From: an uncultured Clostridia bacterium
GTDB lineage: Bacteria > Bacillota > Clostridia > Christensenellales > UBA1750
Assembly (NCBI GenBank): GCA_947625765.1
Contig: CANQPP010000003.1
Coordinates: forward strand, 29,138-93,137
Length of the DNA stretch: 64,000 nt
Direction of reading: 5' to 3'
Shown: positions 48,213 to 57,148 of the stretch, piece by piece
Layout: every line of letters begins with the position of its first letter
Numbering within the stretch: position 1 is the stretch's first letter
Position numbers and translations under genes: made by a program
The notes under the pieces: generated by a model
The model's database searches: none
Told to the model about the DNA's origin: nothing
The model's input: only the letters and a program-made list of their open reading frames with translations

Positions 48213-49061
48213 ATGGAAGGAAGAATAAAATACGGTCCCAATAACTTGTGTATTGCGATATTCTCGCTTTGTTTATCGGCAAGGTTTGTAGAATATTTTC
48301 TGATCGAAACAGATAAAACGGCTATTGGTGAAAATGTGCTTCATAAAGCAGCCGGAATCATCATGCTGGCGTTGGCATTGAAAAGGATAGGGCTTTCATG
48401 GAGCGATATTGGATTTCAAAGAAACAGTTTCGGAAGAAGTATTTTGAAAGGGCTGCTATTAGGAAGCATTTGCTTTTCTGTTTCGTTTAGTTTAGAATTG
48501 GCAATTTTAGCTTTGCAAGGCGATCCGGCACATTTAGAAATATATATCAGCAGTTTTTCTTTAACCGGCTCTCAAATAAAAAATACCGGTTTCGTTTTCT
48601 TTTTACTATGTGTACTATTCAATATCGTCAATGTATTGATGGAGGAAGGTGTTTTTCGTGGTCTGTTTATTAAAACGCTTTCCGATACAAAACCATTTAT
48701 GCAAGCGAATTTTATTGCAGCATTTTTATTTGGTATTTGGCACGTAGTGATGCCGATCAGAAGCTATGTGAATGGAGAGATGTCATTTGCGGCAATGGTC
48801 ATGATGGGCATCGGTTATAGTATCCTTGCCGGAATTATGGGAATCAAATGGGGACTTCTTTATCGAATAACAGGAAATATATGGGCTGGACTTGGAGAAC
48901 ACCTGTTTAATAATACTGTTGCTACAAACATGCTACATGTCGTTTCACTAAATGGTACAGACGAATTACAAATCGTCCGAATTATGGTTGCACAAATTAT
49001 TTCCTTTGCTTTTGTTTTGGTAATTTATCATTATCACGGAAACAGACGGGGAAATAGATAA
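48213..49061 (+). CDS. CPBP (CAAX/Abi) intramembrane metalloprotease, AT-rich
   Basis: EEGVFRG, FGIWH, EHLFNN; base composition visibly AT-richer than flanks. Confidence 0.88.
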   Translation: MEGRIKYGPNNLCIAIFSLCLSARFVEYFLIETDKTAIGENVLHKAAGIIMLALALKRIGLSWSDIGFQRNSFGRSILKGLLLGSICFSVSFSLELAILALQGDPAHLEIYISSFSLTGSQIKNTGFVFFLLCVLFNIVNVLMEEGVFRGLFIKTLSDTKPFMQANFIAAFLFGIWHVVMPIRSYVNGEMSFAAMVMMGIGYSILAGIMGIKWGLLYRITGNIWAGLGEHLFNNTVATNMLHVVSLNGTDELQIVRIMVAQIISFAFVLVIYHYHGNRRGNR

Positions 49062-49087
49062 ATTTTAATATGCGCACTTCTATACAT

Positions 49088-49115
49088 AAAAGCAGACGTT
49101 TCTTCGTCTGCTTTT
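49088..49115. terminator. Bidirectional terminator
   Basis: AAAAGCAGACG / CGTCTGCTTTT. Confidence 0.7.
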
Positions 49116-49153
49116 GCTGTTTTATGCGGGGCTGCCTGACGCTTCCCCTTTTT

Positions 49154-50347
49154 TCACGCTTCCTTTTCCCCGGAAAAGTAGCTCTCCCCGCTCCCTGGGA
49201 TGCGCAGGCACAGGCTTAGGATCAGCAGCGCCAGCGCCGTCCAGAAGAAGCAGACGAACATGCCGTGAAGGTCGATGTGCTCGGCCAGCTGCCCGGCCAG
49301 GTTGGTCAGCAGCACGCCGCCCAAGGACTTGACCGTGGCGATGGCGCTTAAGGCCGTGGTGGCGTACTTGCCGCCCGTCAGTGTGAGGACGACCTTGAGC
49401 GTTGCCATGATGAACAGCATGGTCGTGACCGACTTGGTGAGTATGAGCAGCGCGCAGACGAGGGCCGTGTTTTCCAAAAAGGCATAGGCCACGGTCTGCA
49501 CGACCAAAAGAAGGGTGTTGAAGAACAAGATCTGCCGCCCGCTCAGGCGGTCCATGAAGCGGTCGGAGAGGAAGATGAGCGGTATCTCCATCAGCGTGCC
49601 CAGGAACAGGATCGTCCCCGCCAGGGACGTGCCGATCCTTTCGTTTAAGAGCAGGGGAACGTAGGTGCCGCTGGCGGAGGTCAGGCCCGAAAAGAAGAAG
49701 CAGAACGCGGCAAAGCCGAGCAGCGGCAGGGGGAAGGCGGCCCTCTGCCCCGCCCGCTTCTCCTTGGAGGGCTTATCGGCCGGGCGTTCGTCCTTTAGGC
49801 CCGTCCAGTGGAAGCCTAAACAGGTCGCCCCGGCGGCCAGGGCGAACAGGACGAACAGCCATAAGGCATACCCTGCGTCCAGCACCATGCCCGCGACCTG
49901 CGTGCCCGCCGCGTACCCGACGGCGCCCCACAGCCGCAAAACGCCGTAGCGGTAGGGACTGGCGAAGGCCGGCTGCTCGCACACCGGGTTCACGCTGTTT
50001 AGGAACGCCATGGAAAGGCCGTTCAAGGCGAACAAAGCCGCCGTGTTCTTGGTGCAGCCAAAGAGGATGCCGAAAAGGGCGGATAGGGCCAGCAGCAGCA
50101 CGCTCAGCCTTTTGCGCCAGCCCGTGCGGTCGTAGAGCAACCCCAGGATGGGCTGGGCGATCATGGTGAACAGCCCCGACGCGGAGACGATGAAGGAGAT
50201 CTCCCCCGTGGTCTTGCCGTTGCCGGACAGATAGACCGACAGCATGGAGCCGAACACGGCCATGGAAAAGAAGTAGAAGAAATAGATGGAGGAGTAACTC
50301 AGGTACCCCCGGACCCTTTTGCCTGTGCCGGCCATCTTTAGCGCCAC
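49154..50347 (-). CDS. MFS transporter (LacY/MFS_1-like)
   Basis: QPILGLLYDR, YGVLRLWGAVGY, EIPLI; multi-TM. Confidence 0.85.
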   Translation of the reverse strand: MALKMAGTGKRVRGYLSYSSIYFFYFFSMAVFGSMLSVYLSGNGKTTGEISFIVSASGLFTMIAQPILGLLYDRTGWRKRLSVLLLALSALFGILFGCTKNTAALFALNGLSMAFLNSVNPVCEQPAFASPYRYGVLRLWGAVGYAAGTQVAGMVLDAGYALWLFVLFALAAGATCLGFHWTGLKDERPADKPSKEKRAGQRAAFPLPLLGFAAFCFFFSGLTSASGTYVPLLLNERIGTSLAGTILFLGTLMEIPLIFLSDRFMDRLSGRQILFFNTLLLVVQTVAYAFLENTALVCALLILTKSVTTMLFIMATLKVVLTLTGGKYATTALSAIATVKSLGGVLLTNLAGQLAEHIDLHGMFVCFFWTALALLILSLCLRIPGSGESYFSGEKEA

Positions 50348-50406
50348 ATCCTTTCAAAAGCGGCCCTTGAAGAAAAGGGCCGCTTTTTCTATCCCGCCCA
50401 AGCGCC

Positions 50407-51570
50407 CTACTTGTAGGCGTTTTGGAAAATGGTGAGGTAATCCTCGTCGGACAGCGGCAGCGGATCGGCGGAGATGTCGCCGCCCAGCACCTTATGGACC
50501 TTCGCGGGGTAGAGCTTCAGCTCCTCTTCCGTGATGCCTTCCGCACTCATCTTGAGCTCCCCGCAGCCGATGGAGGAAATGAGGGCGTCCAGCGCCTTCA
50601 CGAAGTCCTGGCCGGAGGCGGGCCTCTCCACGCCCATCGCCCTTGCCATCTTGAGCATCGGCTCCTCGGCGGCCCTGCGGTCGGCGAAGAAGCCGTAGTA
50701 GGCGTGGGCGATCTCGATCAGCCCGGCGCCGTGGATCAGCTCGTCGTGGAAGCTGCCCATGACGTGCTCCATGGTGTGGGCGGAGGTGCACAGCATGTAG
50801 TAGCCCGCAAACGTGTTGGCGTAGGCCATCATCTCCCGGGCCTCTTTATCGTTCCCGTCCGCGACGGCGCGGGGCAGGTACTTGGCCACAAGCTCTATGG
50901 TCTTTAGGGCGAACATCTCCGCCATGGGGTGCGCGTTCCGGTTGACCATCGTCTCGGAGGCGTGGAAGAAGGCGTCCATGCCCTGGTACGCGGTGAGCTT
51001 CGCAGGGACGCTTGCCATCAGCTCGCTGTCGACCACGGAGAGCGTGGGGAACATGGAGGGGAAGAAGATGCCCGTCTTTTCCTGCGTGCTGTCGTTGGTG
51101 ATCACGGAGGCCATGTCGACCTCGCTGGCCGTCCCGGCGGAGGTGGTGATGCAGACGATGGGAAGGGCCGGCTTCGGCGCCTCTTTCTTCCCACCCGCCG
51201 CGCTCAGGGAATAATCCCAGATGTCGCCGGGGTTTGCTGCCATCAGCGCGATGCACTTGGCGCAGTCCATGACCGAGCCGCCGCCCAGGGCGAGCACGAA
51301 GTCGCAGCCGTTTTCCTTCACCGCCCGCGCGCCGTCCATGACGTTTTTGTCCGTGGGGTTGGGGCGGATCTCATCAAACAGCGTGTGGGCAACGCCCGCC
51401 GCCTCCAGCTCCTTCTCCGTGCGGGCAAGGTAGCCGTATTTCTTGACCGAGCTGCCGTTGGAGGTGACGATCAGGGCCTTCTTCCCGGGAAGGGCTTCCT
51501 TATGCAGGTCGTTCAGCCTGCCGGGGCCAAAGAGCACCCGAACGGCGTTTTCGTGCGTCCAGTTGTACAT
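50407..51570 (-). CDS. Iron-containing alcohol dehydrogenase
   Basis: PNPT, GGGSVMD, TSAGTASE, GMDAFFH, HTMEH, HGAGL. Confidence 0.93.
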   Translation of the reverse strand: MYNWTHENAVRVLFGPGRLNDLHKEALPGKKALIVTSNGSSVKKYGYLARTEKELEAAGVAHTLFDEIRPNPTDKNVMDGARAVKENGCDFVLALGGGSVMDCAKCIALMAANPGDIWDYSLSAAGGKKEAPKPALPIVCITTSAGTASEVDMASVITNDSTQEKTGIFFPSMFPTLSVVDSELMASVPAKLTAYQGMDAFFHASETMVNRNAHPMAEMFALKTIELVAKYLPRAVADGNDKEAREMMAYANTFAGYYMLCTSAHTMEHVMGSFHDELIHGAGLIEIAHAYYGFFADRRAAEEPMLKMARAMGVERPASGQDFVKALDALISSIGCGELKMSAEGITEEELKLYPAKVHKVLGGDISADPLPLSDEDYLTIFQNAYK

Positions 51571-51713
51571 GGGGTTTTCTCCTCCTTGCGTTTGTCTTGA
51601 TGGAAAAAAGCATACTCCCTTTCCCCAAGCAAAACAGCGGCGTATCTTAAGAAATATACTGACTTTTTCTCATATCTGTGTTAGGATAGGGAGCGGGGAG
51701 GGGATAAAACGCC

Positions 51714-52655
51714 ATGACGATCGAGGACGCGATCCAAAAGCTGGGGGACGAGTTCCCACGCCTCAACTGGGCCTTTCTGCCGGAGAACATACGGCAGAGG
51801 GACGAGGTCATGTCCTACTGGCCGGGCGGCAAGGACGAGGACGTGATGGTCTGCGTGCTCAAGGCCCGGCACGCGCACGAGGTCTTTCACCGCCAGGACT
51901 TCTTCTTTCTGAACTTCGCCTACCGCCGGGATTACCAGGCTTTGAGCCTGCGCTCGGACAACCTGATGACCATCAGGGAAAACGACTGCTACATCGGCCA
52001 GCCCTTCAGCGGGTACGCGATCCGGGGCGACAGCGACAAAGAGGACATCGTGATCGTCGGCGTGCTCATCCGGCGGGAGGCCTTCTTCCGCGAGTATCTC
52101 TCCACGCTCAGCGTGGACGATTCCCTGTTCCACTTCTTTTTGGGGCCGCAGACGGACTTCTTCTCCGAGGACAGGCTCCATCTCTCCTTCCCTTCCGGCC
52201 ACCCCTTCCGCAGGCTGCTGGAGCTGATGGTGCTGGAATATGCGGACAAGAAGGAGGACAGCCAGGCGATCCTAAAGCCCATGACGCTGGCGCTGCTCAT
52301 GCACGTGGCCAGGGAATACCGAAGGAGGGCTCCCGGGACCGAGGGGCTCTCCCTCGCCGACCGCATCCTGCGCTACATCGCCGAGCACGCCGCCGACGCG
52401 ACGCTGGGCGGCGTCGCCGCCCGCTTTTCCTATCACCCCAATTACATCTCCACTTTGCTCAAACAGAAAACGGGCCGCACGTTTTCCCGGCTGCTCCTGG
52501 AGCAGCGGATGGACAGGGCGCTGGCGCTCTTAAAGAGCACCGGCCTTTCCGTGGAGGAGGTCGCCGCCATGGTGGGCTACAACGACGCCAGCAACTTTTA
52601 CCGGGCGTTCCGGGGCTATTACCACGTCTCGCCCCGGGAATACTTCCGCGTATAA
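51714..52655 (+). CDS. AraC family transcriptional regulator
   Basis: FHRQDFF cupin, YHPNYIS, VGYNDASNFYRAF; divergent from the ADH-MFS operon. Confidence 0.92.
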   Translation: MTIEDAIQKLGDEFPRLNWAFLPENIRQRDEVMSYWPGGKDEDVMVCVLKARHAHEVFHRQDFFFLNFAYRRDYQALSLRSDNLMTIRENDCYIGQPFSGYAIRGDSDKEDIVIVGVLIRREAFFREYLSTLSVDDSLFHFFLGPQTDFFSEDRLHLSFPSGHPFRRLLELMVLEYADKKEDSQAILKPMTLALLMHVAREYRRRAPGTEGLSLADRILRYIAEHAADATLGGVAARFSYHPNYISTLLKQKTGRTFSRLLLEQRMDRALALLKSTGLSVEEVAAMVGYNDASNFYRAFRGYYHVSPREYFRV

Positions 52656-52691
52656 CGGCGCTTCTGCTTCCAGTTTTCCATAAAGAGAAGC

Positions 52692-52731
52692 AAAAGAGGA
52701 CCGCCCCGGCGATGCCGGAGCGGTCCCTTTT
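52692..52731. terminator. Bidirectional terminator
   Basis: GGACCGCCCCGGC / GCCGGAGCGGTCC with A and T tails. Confidence 0.7.
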
Positions 52732-52756
52732 AAGTTTGGAAGGGAAAGTGAGCCTT

Positions 52757-53785
52757 TTACCTCTGGACGCGGCCGGAGGCGTTGCCCTTCATCAGGTTCT
52801 TGACCTCGTCCAGGGAGACCATGTTGTAGTCGCCCTCGATGGTGTGCTTGAGCGCGGAGGCCGCGGCCGCGAACTCCACGGCGCCCTGGTTGTCGTAGCC
52901 GTTGCGCAGGGCGTAGATGAGGCCGGAGCCGAAGCTGTCGCCGCCGCCCACGCGGTCCACGATGTGGATGGCGTACTTCTTGGAGACGGAGATCTCGCCG
53001 GTCTCCGCGTCGTAGAGCATGCCGGACCAGTTGTTGTCGGAGGCGGAGATGCTCTCGCGCAGGGTGATGGCGATCTTCTTGCAGCCGAAGCGGTCCACCA
53101 GCTGCTTAGCCACGGACTTATAGCCCTCAACGCTCAGCTTGCCGCTGTTGATGTCGGTGGCGTCGGCATGGATGCCGAACACGTCCGCGGAGTCCTCCTC
53201 GTTGGCGATCAGCACGTCCACGTAGGGCACCAGCTCGCTCATCACCTGGCCGGCCTTCTCGCGGGACCAGAGGTTCTTGCGGTAGTTGAGGTCGCAGGAG
53301 ATGGTGATGCCGCGGGCCTTGGCGGCCTTGCAGGCCTCCAGCGTCACGGCCGCAGCGCCGTCGGAGATAGCGGGGGTGATGCCGGTCCAGTGCAGCCAGG
53401 TGGCGTCGGCCAGGATCTTGTCCCAGTCGAAATCGCCGGGCTTCACGGCGGACATGGCGGAATACTTGCGGTCATAGACCACCTTGGAGGGACGCATGGA
53501 CGCGCCCTTCTCGCAGTAGTAGATGCCCAGGCGCTCGCCCTGGCGGGGAGACATGGAGGTGTCCACGCCGAACCAGCGCAGGGAGTTGAGGCACGCATCG
53601 CCTATGGGATTCTTGGGGATGGCGCAGACGAAGGCCGCATCCTCGCCGTAGTTGGCCAGGGAAACGGAGACGTTCGCCTCCGCGCCGCCGAACACCACGT
53701 CGAAGGTGTGGGTCTGGTGCAGACGATAGTAGCCCGGAGGGGACAGGCGAAGCATGACCTCGCCGAAGCATACGACCTTACCCAT
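52757..53785 (-). CDS. kdgK: 2-keto-3-deoxygluconate kinase (PfkB family)
   Basis: FGEVMLRL, GGAEANV, DLNYRKNLW, DRVGGGDSF, LKHTIEGD, GRVQR. Confidence 0.88.
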   Translation of the reverse strand: MGKVVCFGEVMLRLSPPGYYRLHQTHTFDVVFGGAEANVSVSLANYGEDAAFVCAIPKNPIGDACLNSLRWFGVDTSMSPRQGERLGIYYCEKGASMRPSKVVYDRKYSAMSAVKPGDFDWDKILADATWLHWTGITPAISDGAAAVTLEACKAAKARGITISCDLNYRKNLWSREKAGQVMSELVPYVDVLIANEEDSADVFGIHADATDINSGKLSVEGYKSVAKQLVDRFGCKKIAITLRESISASDNNWSGMLYDAETGEISVSKKYAIHIVDRVGGGDSFGSGLIYALRNGYDNQGAVEFAAAASALKHTIEGDYNMVSLDEVKNLMKGNASGRVQR

Positions 53786-54063
53786 GGTTGAAGTTCCTCC
53801 TTTTATCGCTTGTCGTTTTTTCTGTGAAAGGTCATCCGGCCCTTCTTTTCCCTTTAATACTAATCCACAAAAACCCGGCTGTCAATCGTTTTTAAGCAAG
53901 GCTCCCGCATGGCGGAACATGGTCGGTCAAAGGTGGATCCTGCCAGCGGAACGGGTATGGATCTCCCCGCATAAGGCGCCCCGGACGGGGGCACAGTAAG
54001 TGCGGCCGGCCCCGTCATAAGGGCAGGCCGGATATCACCAACTGAAACGGGAGGTCATTTGCC

Positions 54064-54246
54064 ATGGACGAGAGCCGTGTCTACGGGCAGCAGCACATCT
54101 GCTGCAAGGTGGAAAGCTGCGTTTACAACGATCTGCGCAACGGCCGCTGCACGCTGGAAAGCATCACCGTGCAGCCCAACTGCGACTGCCACAGCGGCGA
54201 GGCCGCCGACGAATGCTGGTGCGGCGACTACAAGTGCAAGGACTAA
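54064..54246 (+). CDS. DUF1540-like small Cys-rich protein
   Basis: C-x-V-x-x-C-x-Y-N...C...I-T-V...C pattern; GGAGG RBS; downstream terminator. Confidence 0.75.
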   Translation: MDESRVYGQQHICCKVESCVYNDLRNGRCTLESITVQPNCDCHSGEAADECWCGDYKCKD

Positions 54247-54256
54247 AAGGACCTTA

Positions 54257-54292
54257 AGCAAAAGGCTCCGCTCATCCGGAGCCTTTTGCTTT
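54257..54292 (+). terminator. Terminator
   Basis: AGCAAAAGGCTCCG / CGGAGCCTTTTGCT. Confidence 0.7.
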
Positions 54293-54367
54293 GCCCATCT
54301 TTCCTCCCCTTTTCGGGCGAAAGAGCGGCCGCAGACAAACTTTTCCGCGATTTCGCAAAAATTCTCC

Positions 54368-54396
54368 TTGCATTTTGCCTCAACTGCTGTTATACT
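54368..54396 (+). promoter_or_regulatory. SigA promoter of tRNA-Thr
   Basis: TTGCAT-17-TATACT with extended TG. Confidence 0.75.
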
Positions 54397-54424
54397 ATCC
54401 CTTGTTCCGACGGTCGTCGGGCGT

Positions 54425-54500
54425 GCTGATGTAGCTCAGTCGGTAGAGCACCTCATTGGTAATGAGGAGGTAGGCAGTTCGAATCTGCTCATCAGCTCCA
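54425..54500 (+). tRNA. tRNA-Thr(GGT)
   Basis: GCTGATG acceptor, CCTCA-TT-GGT-AA-TGAGG anticodon arm, GTTCGAATC, encoded CCA. Confidence 0.97.
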
Positions 54501-54582
54501 TTTTTTTATGAAGGACCTGCCGCGGCGAAAAACGCGGCAGGCCCTTTTCGCTTCCCTTTCGCTAAAAAGGAGGCCCGCTCAA

Positions 54583-55425
54583 ATGCCCTTATCCTCTGTT
54601 CCGCCCCTGGGCGCACACCTGTCCAGCGCCAGGGGCCTGACCGCCATGGGCCGGGACGCCCTGTCCATCGGGGCAAACACCTTCCAGTTCTTCGCCCGCA
54701 ACCCCCGCGGCGCCCGCGCCAAGACCCGCTCGGAGGAGGATGTTTCCGGCCTGCGCGTTGTTTTGCAGGAGCACGGCTTTGCGCCCATACTGGCCCACGC
54801 GCCCTACACGCTGAACCCCTGCGCCGCGGACGAGGAGAAGCGCTCCCTGGCCGTGCGCATGCTGCGGGAGGACTTAGAGCTCATGGAACAGCTGCCCGGC
54901 AACTATTACAACCTGCACCCCGGCAGCCGCCTGACGCAGACGCGGGAGGAGGCCGTCCGCCGCGCGGCCCGGACGCTGGACGAGGCCATGTTCCCGGGGC
55001 AGAAGAGCCTCGTGCTGTTGGAGACGATGGCCGGCAAGGGCAGCGAGCTGGGCGCGTCCTTCGAGGAGCTGCGCATGATCCTCGATCTCTGCCGCCAGCC
55101 GGAGGACTTGGGCATCTGCCTGGATACCTGCCACCTCTGGGACGCGGGCTACGACGTGCGGGATAGGCTGGACGAGGTGCTGGAGGCGCTGGACCGGGCC
55201 GTCGGCCTGTCCCTTGTCAAGGCCGTGCACCTCAACGACAGCCTGAACCCCCTGGGCAGCCACAAGGACCGCCACGCGAACATCGGCAGGGGCGCTTTGG
55301 GGTTGGAAGGGGCGCTGACCGTCCTGCGCCACCCGGCGCTGCGGGGCCTGCCCTTCATTTTGGAAACGCCCGCGGACTTAAAGGGCCACGGCGCGGAGCT
55401 GCGCCTGCTCAAAACAAGCCTGTAA
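54583..55425 (+). CDS. nfo: Endonuclease IV
   Basis: LGAHLS, AHAPY, LHPG, LETMAGKG, DTCH, HLNDS, DRHANIG, ILETP. Confidence 0.93.
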   Translation: MPLSSVPPLGAHLSSARGLTAMGRDALSIGANTFQFFARNPRGARAKTRSEEDVSGLRVVLQEHGFAPILAHAPYTLNPCAADEEKRSLAVRMLREDLELMEQLPGNYYNLHPGSRLTQTREEAVRRAARTLDEAMFPGQKSLVLLETMAGKGSELGASFEELRMILDLCRQPEDLGICLDTCHLWDAGYDVRDRLDEVLEALDRAVGLSLVKAVHLNDSLNPLGSHKDRHANIGRGALGLEGALTVLRHPALRGLPFILETPADLKGHGAELRLLKTSL

Positions 55426-55515
55426 ACAGGGCGGAAGCTGGACAAGCGGCCGGCGGCGCGCTATACTGGATATGGCCTTTTTCCACAAAGATAGACAAAA
55501 GGAGCGTTCGATCCC

Positions 55516-56115
55516 ATGCGGCTGCATTTTGAAGGCAAGTACAACGGCGACCCGGAGAGCCTGCCCCACGGCGAGCACCGCCCAAACGCCGTCCCCTTCC
55601 GCGAGGCGAAGGACACGCGCCAGCTCTCCCTGCTGGCCAACGGGCTGGCGGTGGTGCTGGTGGTGCTGCTGGCCGTGCCGCTTATCCTCCGCTTCCGCAT
55701 GGAGCTGCTGGACGGATATGGAACGCTGCTGGGCTGCATCCTGTCCCTGCTGGCCTTCTACCCCCACGAGATCCTGCACGCCGTCTGCATGAAGGAGGAC
55801 GCCTACATCTACTCTAATCTTAAGCAGGGCATGTTCTTCGTGGTGGGGCCGGAGGAGATGAGCCGGGCGCGCTTCGTGTTCATGTCGCTGCTTCCGAACC
55901 TGGTGTTCGGCCTGCTGCCCTACGCGCTGGGCTTCCTTCTCGGCAGCGCGGGCCTTGGCGCCTTCGGGGCGCTGTGCCTGGCCTCCGGCGCGGGCGATTA
56001 CTACAACGTGTTCAACGCCCTGACGCAGATGCCAAAAGGCGCCAAGACCTACCTGTACGGCTTCAATTCCTACTGGTTCCTGCCGGAGGAACAGGAGGAA
56101 GGCAAAAAGGCGTAA
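55516..56115 (+). CDS. DUF3267 family putative metalloprotease
   Basis: HEILH, SRARFVFMSLLP, GDYYN; TM segments. Confidence 0.75.
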   Translation: MRLHFEGKYNGDPESLPHGEHRPNAVPFREAKDTRQLSLLANGLAVVLVVLLAVPLILRFRMELLDGYGTLLGCILSLLAFYPHEILHAVCMKEDAYIYSNLKQGMFFVVGPEEMSRARFVFMSLLPNLVFGLLPYALGFLLGSAGLGAFGALCLASGAGDYYNVFNALTQMPKGAKTYLYGFNSYWFLPEEQEEGKKA

Positions 56116-56264
56116 GGCCAACACCGTTTTTGATGCCAAAATTTGATAAAGGGACGCTTCTGCGGAGAATAGAAGTCCCTCCCCACAAACTTCCATGAAA
56201 CGCCCGCGCAGAAAAGCGGGCAGACTATGGGAGCATCCATTTTCAACAGGGAGGGACATTTTTC

Positions 56265-56942
56265 ATGTTCAAGCACGAAAAGCAGATGCTGCACCCCGTC
56301 CGCGTGGACGGGCCCAACCCCAACTACGCCGTCCTTCTTCAGGAGCAGCTGGGCGGCCCCCAGGGCGAGCTGAAGGCCGCCATGCAGTACCTGGCCCAGA
56401 GCATGCGCGTGCGCGATGCCGAGATCCACGACCTGTTCCTGGACGTGGCCGCCGAGGAACTCTGCCATTTGGAGATGGTGGCGGAGCTGGTCAACCAGCT
56501 CAACGGCTTCGAGCCGGACGCCATGGGCCAGACCATCGGCTCGGTGGAGGCGCATGTGCTCACGGGCCTGACGCCCATGCTGGCCAACGCCAGCGGCTAC
56601 CTGTGGACCGCGGCCTACGTCAACGAGACCGGCGATCCCGCCGCGGACATACTCTCCGACATCGCCGCCGAGCAGCGCGCCAAGGTGGTCTATGAGAACC
56701 TCTACCGCCAGATCGACGACAGCGGCGTCAGGGAGACCATCGACTTCCTGCTCAACCGCGAGGAGGCCCACAACACCATGTTCCGCGAGGCCTTCAACCG
56801 CATCCAGGACCGGGGTTCCCAGCGGGACTGGGGCGTGAGCCGGGATTCCCGCATCTATTTCGACCTCTCCACGCCCATGGGCCAGAGCTTCGACCCCGCC
56901 AGGGACAAGGCCCCCGCCTTCGACCTGGGGAAGAAGAAATAA
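56265..56942 (+). CDS. Manganese catalase family protein
   Basis: EQLGGPQGEL, EELCHLEM, DIAAEQRA, REEAH. Confidence 0.92.
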   Translation: MFKHEKQMLHPVRVDGPNPNYAVLLQEQLGGPQGELKAAMQYLAQSMRVRDAEIHDLFLDVAAEELCHLEMVAELVNQLNGFEPDAMGQTIGSVEAHVLTGLTPMLANASGYLWTAAYVNETGDPAADILSDIAAEQRAKVVYENLYRQIDDSGVRETIDFLLNREEAHNTMFREAFNRIQDRGSQRDWGVSRDSRIYFDLSTPMGQSFDPARDKAPAFDLGKKK

Positions 56943-57148
56943 GCAGGCCCGCATAAACACGCACATTCAAAAGGGAAGGACGCCCCACGCGCCCTTCCCT
57001 TTTCCATTGGAAAGGCTTCTGTTTCGGCTCAAGGAAAACCTCCAGCGCGCTTTTCCTCTTTTTCTTTGGAAACGACCCTCTTTCCCTATGGGCATGACAC
57101 CTTTTTATTGAAAGGGCTTTCCTTAAGAACCCCGGCGGCCCGCTGGCT

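Noticed and set aside
54425-54540. Integrative element at tRNA-Thr
   Set aside because: Followed by a hairpin and nfo; no integrase or duplicated tRNA 3' end seen
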